Origin: Phallusia mammillata
Taxonomy: Eukaryota
NCBI GenBank assembly: GCA_965637545.1
Contig: OZ281500.1
Location: 1,364,001 to 1,428,000 of the forward strand
DNA: 64,000 nt
Direction of reading: 5' to 3'
Below are positions 18,101-28,908 of this stretch, one piece after another (positions within the stretch are counted from its first letter, which is position 1; each line of letters starts with the position of its first letter). The notes under the pieces are model-generated. The model saw only the letters and a program-made list of their open reading frames with translations. It was not told the DNA's origin and made no database searches. Made by a program: the position numbers and the translations under genes.

Positions 18101-21100
18101 ATAGGCCTATGTTCGTTCCATGAAATTCTTAGCAAGCGCCGAGTCTAAGATATCCAGGCTAAATCTCTTTTTAAGCCTATCAGCACCGTTTTTGTGGCAA
18201 TCGATGGCTGTTTGTAGCAACGACCTTCCTGCAAAATATCGATTTACGATTTTGGCGACACTTTCCCAAATCAGTTTCCCATTCTAGCAACAAAGTAACA
18301 TACTCGCAGGTCAATCAATTTTCTGCATCATGTTGCCTAGAGCAGCGTAGTTGATATGTACTCATCATTTGAATAAGGAACTGATGATGCCATTAGGCGA
18401 AATATATATATTCCATTGAATTCATTGACGCATTTCGTAACTTGGAAAATGCTTTCCATTCTCAGTCATCAAAACATTGTTTGGATATTTCACATTACTT
18501 TAACCTTATTTTTTTCAAATAGGTTTCTCTGTATTTCGTATACTGAATGCCTAAATATATTAAATGCCTAAAAACGAAAAACCTAGCGTTAACTGTGATC
18601 ACACAATGCGCCCACCGTCTAGCTGCCTGCTTCACTTATTTTACTGAAATTAAGTTGGAATTTTTATTACATTTTTCCGACTCAGGGATCAGTTTAGTTC
18701 AACCGAATAGATGACACGCTTGCCAAATCTTGGCACTCGAGTGATTTTTCATAGCACGCCAAACGATTGCGTGTTTATATTAAAGTAGATCTGCTAAGCT
18801 TGATTTAAACATTTGCATTGTTTGTTACCTGTTTCTTTATCATTCGATAGTCTTACAATTCAGTCTACACCAGTGGTTCCCAACCTTTTTGTAGTCACGG
18901 ACCCCTTTTATAAATTTTATAAATCGGGGGACCCCCAACGTAATTTTCCGTCTTTTTATGTTTGACGTTTGTTGCATACCTTGTTATGGATTTTAGGCAT
19001 TTTAATCCACCCTCGCAGTCCTTTAATTTCAATGAAGTTTCTGTATTGTAGCGGTCAATGTGCGCTCATTTTGACCTGCACATTTTCGAGCACATTGTGC
19101 AAAAAACGCTCGCATGCCCGTCTCCCAATTAAGGTGTGATAAACAGGGTGCCACCATATGCAGGATTGTAAAAACTGTTAAGAAACTTAAAATATTTTCT
19201 GTTGGTTAATGATAGAAAACATATGTGCCTCCACGGACCCCCTGAAACCATCTCACGGACCCCAGGTTTGGAACCACTGGTCTACACGCACACATATGTC
19301 TGCTTTTTGTTTGTAAGTTGGCACGCGAAGTCATTAACACATGAAAATAACAAGTAAATTGGAACGCGTCGCTTAAAAGGTTGCCGACCCCTGGACTAGA
19401 TTCTAGTGGGTTTTGCAGCAATATCACTTAAGTTTTTGGCTCAAGTACACACATGTGCCAGGCATATATATCAATGTACATTGGCCAGAAGAGCTCTACA
19501 AACAAGTACACACATTTTTCTATACTCGGCTAACTCATAACTTAGACTGTTGCGACTCTAAATTATGTTGATGAATTTATTCCAGGTCGTTAGACAGAGT
19601 TATGAGCACAGGATCTTTATCACAAAACCGACCCTTTTACATTACCATCGGGTACCGGAGCTCATATAGCGCGACAAGAGATTCAACATCATTGGAGAAG
19701 TTTCGTCGAATCACCAGAATTACAGTGTCCGGCCGGTCCGATATTGCAAAAGAGGTTAGAGGTTACATTTATTCTTCTTATACTTTCTGTTTTTCAGTGC
19801 AAGTTTGTTTAAATATGCAGAAACAGTTTTGAATCTGATAGTGTTAAGAATGTAATTGTTTGAAAACAACCCTAATTGTTCATGACAATAAGAAGGAAGA
19901 CATGGGACTATTTGAATGATGAAACAACTAAAAATCAATCATTTGTTTCGTTTGGGTAATTATCAATCGTTTCACTCTTGAGCAGTGGTTCTCAAACTCG
20001 GTTTTTGGGGCCGCATGCGGCTCCCAACTACTTATTTTGCGGCTCGCACCAGACCTCAGAAAACCACCAAACATTGCTATTTTAGCTTTCAAAGTAATAA
20101 TCTTTAGTGATTTTCTCAAGATTTCGTTTTTTTGCGGCTCTCTACACACTTAAAAAAATACCATTTGGCCCCGACAATAAAACAGTTTGAGAACCACTGC
20201 TCTTGAGCCATAGCCGTACACTTTATTCAGTGGTGGGATTCAAGGTTTTGTCAGCCGTTTCTATTACAAAAGTCATATTTTTCAGCCGGTTCTGTTACAA
20301 AAAGTTCATTGACCGTAACCAGTAATGCTAACCGGTTCGCTGATCTCATAAAACTTCGTAAGACGGTTCTATAGAACCGGTGCGAACCGGCTGAATCCCA
20401 CCACTGACTTTTATTACATACGGTATAAAACTATTTCGCCCAAAAAAACTAATCTACTGCATTGTATGACTGAAAGTGTGTACTGTGCCCACCAAATTTC
20501 ACAGTACGCCAGAGGGCAGGCGCCATTGCCCATGTTACGAAGTCTTGGTGTAGATGTAAATGTCTGATGGACAACAATAACAACATCACTTATACAAACC
20601 AAGCTAGTAGGAAAACAAACGGTTATAGCCCTATTGTTTCACCACGGAACAGGCCGTACCGTCTTCCTCTCTTACTAATCACTGTCAAAACAAGAGCCAT
20701 GCATCAATTGACGATGTGGTAAGCGTGCAACAGGACTGTGTGATGGTGTATATCAAAACGCTTCGGTGCTGTACGCCATGTTACTTTCAAAAATGATTTT
20801 GAATGTGTCAAGCACCCCGAGAACAATGTGAGCAATATTAGATGTGCACGCTGTGGCCACACACCAGTTGATGTGTAGCATATATTTTTACGTACTTGAG
20901 GATATACACAAGCTCCCTGGGTACACCAAAGGCCACTGTGCGTGTATCATTAGATGTGTACGCTGTTACCACACACCAGTTTATGTGCAGCATAGATTTT
21001 GATGTTTTTGGGCTTACATGAAGACCCTGAAAACACTTAAAAAGATCACTGTGAGCAACATTAGATGTACACGATGTGGTCACACATCGTTTTATGCACA

Positions 21101-22775
21101 ACATCAGTGTTTCAGTGAAGAGCATTGCGTTGGGATGCACACGCAATTTTGTGACATATTGCTGTCTTCTGTCACAGTTCACAAGGGTGTGTGATGCATT
21201 TCCATGGGCCCAAATTTTCACACTGGTTCGGTGCCAGTTGTTTGCTGGATCGATACTTCGCGCTTCAACGAATGTAAATCGAAGCAGATTGGCCACACAG
21301 CTGACCACCGATAAGCCAGATCAATAAAACACTTGTCCATCAATATTAGGGACACAAAACTTCAGAAACATTCAATTTGTCTGCGGGAAGCTTGTTGCGC
21401 AACTAATCAATGCTAAAATTGAATCAAAATGCAAGGAGAAAAAATGCATGGTAGATCCGATGAGTTTGCAGTAGGTGACGTTGAGAAATATAGAATTTCT
21501 ATCTAAAGTTACACGCCACGGGCCCAGTTATGTTTTCGCGCATTGCTGTTACAATTGATACAAGTCCTATAAATCGAATTGACACGGTTTTTCTAAACAT
21601 AACAAATGTCACTTCGGACTGTTAATACCAGAACCTTATGTAGCCTACTATCCCTTCCACCAACTTATGCAGTATTTAATTTTTGGATAAAAAGCCATTT
21701 TCGCTCACAAACGGGAGATGTGTTGTATGACCAAGTTCATTTGGGGCACAAAATTCTACAAAACAGATGTATGTGGTAACGTCAACTTAAGGAGCTCTAC
21801 TTTCGCCTTGACATAAAAGTCGTGGTCACATTACATAGAAACAGTAGAAAATGATAACATACTGAACCATGAACTGTTACACTCCAAGGCCGCGATTCGC
21901 TATCTGTACAATACGTTTTCTGTAATAAACCAGTAGCCTTCCTAAAAAGTCACACAGGTTTAAAATAATAGACAACGCATTCATACAGTCACAAATGCAG
22001 TGCAACCCTCAATGAACCTTAGTATACGCTCTGGCGTAATCGGTCAATGACGATTAGCTTGCTTATGTGTAATGTAAACTCAAGGATTTAGTTCAAGTAG
22101 GCTATATGTAATTCTGAATTAAATATTTAATATTCAGCCTGTAATTTACCAGGTTGAAATTATACAAACCTAGAATGCACACACCATACTTTGGCAAAAA
22201 ATGGGATTGGTTGATTTTACAGATCACATACATTTATTAAAGTAGCAAATTTGGCGATGTACACCAGATTATCATGTTTTCTTAAAAATCTTCTTAGATC
22301 TCTACCTTATCATTTTTATGTAAGTTAATAATAGCCACAAAATACAAATGCTTTAAGTAACACACCGCTTTTATACCAAAGCTGTGATTTATTTTAGACG
22401 AATCATATATATAACCATGCATACACTATAGTGAAATGGTTTATGACATTGCATAAATGATTGCAGTGATCAATGCGTCCGTGGCTTTGCGTTCTAGTTT
22501 TCAAACAATAAAGTATGTTATATTAACAGGTTTTTCGTGATGACTTGAACGACAGTCGAGATCCAGACCGCTACCCATCTGACGGTTACACCAGCAGGTA
22601 TTATCTCAAGCACAATTACCTGGAGCACGCATTCGAAACATTGGCAAGCAGAGGGTTCATCCTCAGTACATCGTGCTCCAGTGGATCCAAGACTCTGCCG
22701 GCACAGGCGAAAGAATACAAACAATGGACCACTTATGTAGAGTACGTCTTCTACCGGGCACCCTGGGATGAATAG
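15112..22775 (+). CDS. KCTD8/12/16: BTB/POZ + H1 domain protein of the KCTD8/12/16 family; exons ~15112-15536 (3' boundary uncertain), 19586-19754, 22530-22775
   Basis: IVELNVGGTIY...FIDRDGVTFRLILEYLR...LRSEAEFFGL (BTB); YITIGYRSSY...KFRRITRITVSG and VFRDDLNDSRDPDRYPSDGYTSRYYLKHNYLEHAFETL (H1). Exon 2 needs a phase-2 donor, satisfied by AA|GTAAAT at 15536; an extra small exon is not excluded. Confidence 0.9.
15706..15901. mobile_element. hAT-type MITE
   Basis: Degenerate TIR TAGGGGTCAAGAACC / GGTTGCCGACCACCA; TSD ATTTAAGC/ATGTAAGC. Confidence 0.7.
18377..18414 (+). ncRNA. Minimal type I hammerhead ribozyme (AUA site) in KCTD intron 1
   Basis: GGAA-CTGATGA-T-GCC atta GGC-GAAA-T atat A-TA^-TTCC: stem I GGAA/TTCC, stem II GCC/GGC, 2-bp helix III capped by a palindrome. 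Confidence 0.6.
18871..19279. mobile_element. hAT-type MITE
   Basis: TIR CAGTGGTTCC(C/A)AACC; exact TSD GTCTACAC. Confidence 0.85.
19983..20199. mobile_element. hAT-type MITE (related to 36526-36740)
   Basis: TIR CAGTGGTTCTCAAACT; exact TSD CTCTTGAG; GCCGCATGCGGC subterminal palindrome. Confidence 0.85.
20228..20406. mobile_element. ~178-bp hAT-type MITE, copy 1 of 3
   Basis: TIR CAGTGGTGGGATTCA; near-identical copies at 29460-29639 and 30549-30724; TSD ACTTTATT, imperfect. Confidence 0.85.
20826..21130 (+). repeat. Three ~111-bp tandem units; dispersed family with a second array at 55005-55290
   Basis: Unit core ATTAGATGTGCACGCTGTGGCCACACACCAGTT recurs at ~20840, ~20952, ~21063. Confidence 0.75.
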
Positions 22776-24498
22776 ATAATCATCGAAAAAGCAAATAACC
22801 GACAACCTTACAATTTAAGACCAGAAATGGACACATTTGCGTGATAATTCCTTGTCATTTACAACCAACATGTGCTAGACAAAAATCTTACAACTGGTTT
22901 TGTTGTTTATCTTTGGGCAAACGAACTAGTAGAGCTATTCGTTGTGGCTTCAAATCTGACCGATGACTAACTGACCACAGCTTAATTTGCTTGCACCCTT
23001 CGACATCGCACTTGGCATATTTTATGCCGCAACTTAATGACGTTTTGGGTTAGAGCCGGGTTTGGGGCTTGTACTTTATTGTTTGGGCTTGCCAACAACT
23101 TTGAGTGACGTGGTTGGGTTTTTCCTGGTCCCACAACATAAAAGTTGCGAACTGTTTGTGACTTGCGTTGCTTGTACACAACCACATTGCTTGCCAGGCC
23201 CCAAAATTACGATCTATTTGCTGATCGAACAATCAGGGCGAAGACATAACCCCAAAACACCCCCTTGCTGTTTGTTGTTTTGTATTATGGGTTTATATTA
23301 CACATGCTTATGTTCTGCACGCCATTTGCACCACGCTTTGCCATTCTATGATTTTATCCATACAGATTTTACAACCAGCTAATACGCAAAACACTAAGTG
23401 CATGTGTTGCTAATCAGTTTTCCTCGCTTCGTACACATGTTTCCAGTTCTACATATTATTGTACATATATTTCTTTACGTTCTGTGCATTTGTTTCAATT
23501 TTGTTGCGTGCAGTGTTGTCAGGGCGACCGTAAGTGTTTCTGTAAAACTTTCTTGTTATACGTAATTTACCCGTACACTTTTTGTATGTAGGTATGTGCG
23601 CCGTTAATGTCGAATTGCACAGAAATACAAATGCTGCAGTTTAAGCCTCCTTGCAGAACACAGTTATTCGCAATGCTGCATTTTCCCCACATGTTTAATT
23701 AACTTAAACTATTAGGTTGGTTGTCATGGTTACCAATTAATTTTGCACTTGTTTTGTTCAATGATGTTTTTGACTAAATTTCTGGTGGGTTGAATTTGTC
23801 AGTTACTTCGGTGTTAGACCTACAATGTGTCGCTATTATCTGTAATTTAGTCCTACAGGCTTTGGTCCTTTACGGGCATTGTGAATTTTCATACATGTGT
23901 TGAGGTAGCTAAGCTTACAGCAGACATTTAAAAGTGACAGAAAATTCCTGACATTAAGATGAAAAGGGCAAATTTCCTGAGTGAATTCAATTATCTCCAA
24001 CTTAATGCCAAAAAATCAATCATCTTTTGCTTGGGGGCCAGGAAACGAATACCTGTAGTTAAGAAAGTATAAGCCTCCTAACTTTTGCACAGTCGAGCTT
24101 TCTCATCGCAAAGGGGTTGAATAAAGGTCACTGTCAGAGGAGTGGGTGTGATGTCAAGACACAGGCTGTTTTGAGCAGGATGCGAGTCATGCATTCATAA
24201 AATTTAAAGTTCAGTGTTTGATATACAGAGTTCATTTCAAAAACAGAACGAGAGGCATGCTATACCTGGTGGTAGAGTTGATTGGCATGTTTTTTCTGCA
24301 TTAGAGCCACTTTAAAATCGTATAGTCAAACTATATAGCGATTGTTTTTATCTAGTAGGTTGAAAAATCTCAGAATTTGTTACAACCGCTGTTGTCTTTG
24401 GCCGAACGAAACATAATTTTCGCAAATAGCAAAAATTTCAATTTTTTGAACTGTCGTAAAAAATTCTGCTAAAAAATAAAGCAAACCTTTTCGTGACG

Positions 24499-27400
24499 TC
24501 ACAAAACGCATGAGTTTTTGTATCGCGGAAAAGGCACAGCGTCCCGGATGTTACGGATGTCGAGGGCAAAGGTCACAAAGCGGTCGAACCCCATTCCGTA
24601 ACCGGCGTGCGGCGTGTTGCCATAGCGACGGAGATCCAGGTACCACTCGTAGGCAGGCAACAGACCGAGGGCGGTTAACCTTGAAGTGAGCTTGTCAAGG
24701 TCACTCTCGCGTAAACTTCCTCCGCACAATTCACCAACCTCCGGGAAGATGAGGTCGACTGCTGCCACCTAAAGTTTAAAAGTTTAAGGAACGAATAAAA
24801 ATCACAAAGTTTTCACGCGAACACTCTGTTACAGTGCTTTTCAGACTTTCTTGTTTTGCGACCCAATTTCAAAAAAAGGAAATTCTACGTGACCCCTTGA
24901 TGGGTATATAGCCTATATACGTGAATGAAGCTTAAACAATAAATTTACGCACATATACCATTTATTGTGACAACGACATATTCACGCATGATGCTCCGCG
25001 ACCCCAAAATCATATTTCCATACCCCAATTTGGGTGCCCACCCACAGTTTGAGAAGCCCTGCTCTATTAACCCGAAGGAAGAAAATAATTTAACGTACCG
25101 TTTTTCCATCCGAGTTCACTGGCATGTAAAACGGCTTCGAACCACTTGGAAAATCCACGATAAAAACAGGAGTCGAGTCGCAATGTTGGACGAGAAAAGT
25201 TTCGTGATCTGAGTTCAAATCTTCTCCCCAACTTGGTGATGCAGTTTGCAAATGTTTTTGGTGTTTTTCCAACAATTCAATTGCTTCGGTGTAGCTCATT
25301 CTAAAACATATTTTCACGCAAAACATATTTAGTGTTAAACTTGAAATCCTGAAAACGCCATGATGAGTCTTTAGCGCAAGAGCTCACAAGGTTACAGGTT
25401 CTAATCCCATCTCAGCCACTTGTGTTTTTCTGAGCAAGAGACTTAAGAAAAGCTGATGAGTAAAAAGTCACCAATTTCGTTCCTTGGGCATTACACAGAT
25501 CACAACAAACAATTAAAACTGCATTCTCAAGTAATATATTTGTTAAGAAGAATCGACATTAAACAATTTGTATGATTAAAAATTTGTGGTTATAAGTGAA
25601 AGGATTTGTTCCTTTTTAAAATGGTCAGAAATGTTACAAAAGCAAGTGACCTCTATATTTACAACAACTTTGACAACGGACATAAATGACATACTTACAT
25701 CACATACTGTTTGCTTGCAACTTTTTCAAGCTTTGATAAATGGCCAGGAGAGTCTTTCTCTATCGTAGCAAGATCCAGCGAACAATTTAGAAGTAGTTCT
25801 TGAAGCAAGTATTTAACACTGCTTTCCATCAAATTCACCATGTCTGCCAGATCCTAAAAACACAAATCAATTTAATATGGGGAAATGCAATCCCACTTAC
25901 ACTTAAAAAATAAGCTGTTATAGCAACTCCTATCTAATTTTCAAATTATTCAAGTTCTTCATTAGTGGTGCACTTGCACCGAATTTATGCAAATTTTGCT
26001 ACAGCTGTTTAAGAAAATAGCTCGTTTTGCCCAGAAACTCAAAGCTTGCAAGAAAGTATGTCAGTTGGTGATTTCTATTCTCTTATTCTCTTACCTTGGA
26101 ATGTGCCAACTCTGCTTCCAGCATTCTAAACTCATTCAAATGCTTTCGTGTGTGTGACTTCTCAGATCGAAAAGCTGGGCTAAGGGTGTACACATCACCC
26201 ATTCCCATTGCACAAGCCTCAAGATGCAGTTGCCCTGATACTGAAAGAAAAGCTGGTGCTCCGAAGAAATCCTCAGATGAATCAGATGATTCTTGCTCGT
26301 CGATTTGGTCAGGCTGGACTGAGAAGACATTTCCTCCAGTTTCGCAGTCACTCGAGGTCAGTATAGGGGTATGAATATGCAGAAAGCCTTTCTCCTAATA
26401 AGATATTTCAGTAAGTGCTAACAATGCAATCATGTCTGGTCAAATGTTTGTGCTGAAGTAAATATTTCAAAGTTTTGTATGTATTGCAGGAAGTCTTGTT
26501 TGACTCCCCAATATGTCATGCAAACCATCAAACCACAAGCACAAAAACAATATTTTGTGCAGATGATAAAGAATCAGAAAATCACACAGTGAAAAGTTTA
26601 TACAGTCCAAATTATTACTTCTTGTCTGATTTAAGATGTGCAGAAAGCATCAAACGACATTTGTTCTTCTACTATTTGCTTTGATGCTAAAAGCCGGTTG
26701 AATGTTTTCAAGAATTTTTTTCAGCCAATTCGGCACACAGCTTTTTTATCAAAGTTGAAAGTTCATCTAACCATGTTCATAGTAAAGAAAAACCACTCAG
26801 CAATTGGAAAAGGTTCACATCAAACAATTCATAAAACATACAAGTAGTACAGCTGCTTGAGGGATCAAAGTTGTAAAAGCTTCAACTTTGCTTGACATGG
26901 TCAACTAGAGTGGTACTAAATACCACATGTTACCGCATAGTGTGTGGAATGCGACGAGCCCCAACAAGGGTAAATGAGACCCAAAACCCTCACCCCACCT
27001 GAATAACCATCACTGCTTTCAAAAGTCCGCAAAATTATAGTTATTCCAAAGTATATATTTGTATCCATTGAAACTACTTACCATGTAATAACACATGATA
27101 TCATGCAGTATTTACTACCACAGGTCACATACAAATACAAGTAACAACTTACCTGAAAGAACTTATGCATAGCCATCTCCACACAATTGCGAGCTCGTAA
27201 AACTCCAGCCATTTTGTAATGCCTCATTCGAAGATGCAACAGTGATCGTAAATGCTGCATGTCATAGCTTGCATTCTTTTTTAAAGGTGCATCCTGTAGT
27301 TCCAGAAATCTGATTTATTATTTCGAATAGCAAAACCTAATGCAAAGATTGGGCCATTAAAGTATAACTAGTCAATTACTACGCAGAAATTTTGTGGACA

Positions 27401-28427
27401 CAAATTTTGTTGATAAAAGTCTATTTGGCAGGTGATATGATTAAGTAGAAATATCAGATTGCATTTTAACATAATAACATACGCAGGTGGTGTAACCGTT
27501 TTAATTAATATTTGTATATTTTTAATCAATATTAATATTGATCACGTTATAACAAACCTTATGATCATAAAAAATAAAGTCATAAAGTAACTCAATACCT
27601 CAGCATATGTACCAAGCACATCCAAATCATCACATAAAATTTCGTATTTGTTTTTTTCATTCTGGATTGACTGTTGTATTTTTCCCCTTACACTAATTGA
27701 TGTACCAAACTGCACCCTCCTAAAATCAGGAAGTCATAATGAAAATAAGAATGTTGTAAAGGTTACTATAAAATAGGGTCTTGTTTTTTGTGTGTGTTTT
27801 GCATTTTGTTGCTTTATAAGAAATTTGTCCTGCAAGATATGTCATTATCCTGATGAAGGCATCTTGTATAGGACGTCGAAATGTTGATTGTTTACAAAAA
27901 AACTGCTGGATGAGCAACACTTGGTTATACATTATGCCTAGCAGCAATAGCCTATATTATGGTCTTGTCAAGTTACAACTAAATTTTGCAATTAAATAAA
28001 TACTTCAAGTGTATTTAAATGCAAAGAAACACATAAAATTTCAGTAATTAGAAGAAAACATTGCAGTATTTGTAATTTACAAACCTGTCAAACAAATCTT
28101 TACTCATGACAAGTTGAATATTTTGTGCAGTAGATCCATCATTGATATCAACAAATACATGGTTTTTCATTTTCCTTACAGATCGAGTCCATCCCTAAAA
28201 TCAAACCAAATTTTATTCTTAACAATTTAGTTACACTACCTACACACACTACAGTTTCTAAACTAACACAGATGAAAAATATTAATTACAAGTACCTGTA
28301 CGTCAGCAGATTCGTTGTTTTTTCGCCCCTTGAGTATGTCTTTAATTCTAACTTTCTTGTAACTTTGAGAACGGAAATTTCTCGCACAATAAAACGCATG
28401 TTTCTTTACAAACATTAAACTAGACAT
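24499..28427 (-). CDS. NARS2: Mitochondrial asparaginyl-tRNA synthetase; 8 exons: 28296-28427, 28085-28194, 27599-27719, 27153-27293, 26095-26394, 25699-25853, 25099-25300, 24499-24768 (476 aa)
   Basis: Basic presequence, OB-fold GWTRSVRK...VDINDGS, class II motifs FLSVSGQLHLE, FRSEKSHTRKHLNEFRMLEAE, ELCGGSLRE, PHAGYGMGFDR; 1431 nt in frame. Confidence 0.95.
24832..25061. mobile_element. hAT-type MITE in last NARS2 intron
   Basis: TSD CTCTGTTA/CTCTATTA; homologous to 11036-11238. Confidence 0.8.
27770..27960 (+). mobile_element. Hammerhead-bearing repeat family A (Penelope-LTR-like), degenerate copy; ribozyme motif 27844-27891
   Basis: CTGATGAA-GGCATCTT gtat AGGACGTC-GAAATGTT-GATTG; flanks shared with copies at 31346, 47341 and 52000. 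Confidence 0.7.
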
Positions 28428-28908
28428 TCTTATGTTATTTTGTCTACTCCGACGCCATAAAACCTACAAATTGATATGTGAAAACACTTGATAAAGTCAA
28501 GTGAAACGTACGCAGACACTTTTTTGCATTTCACGACATAAACATTCATTTTGCAAAAACATTCATTTTTCGTGGGGAAAGACAACTATTCGTGGGTTTT
28601 CGACTATTTTTGCCTGTAGTTTGTTGCTGCTTTAACGTCTGGGGCGACAAAATACACAAAAGTTGTGAAAAAAAATTGGCAGAAACAACGTTTATTGGCA
28701 AAAAAAAGCGCAGGAAAAAACAAAAATGTCTGTTTGTTAGTTTTGCTATGCATGGATGGCCACGACGCACATGTATAGTCACGTGAACGCACTGAAGCGA
28801 ACAAAAAGGGAACTGCAGTTTCTGCGTCAGGTAAACAGAAAAATCGTTTTTTTGTCACGTTTATGATCATCGTGTTTGTTTGGTATCTAATTTGATGGTT
28901 TTCAACAA

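Noticed and set aside
25450-25480. CTGATGAG near a SINE-like fragment (similar strings at 249, 14431, 34477)
   Set aside because: No GAAA, stem II or stem I geometry.
15112-28427. KCTD next to NARS2, recalling the human region with KCTD14/KCTD21 and NARS2
   Set aside because: This KCTD belongs to the KCTD8/12/16 clade, so the adjacency is probably coincidental.
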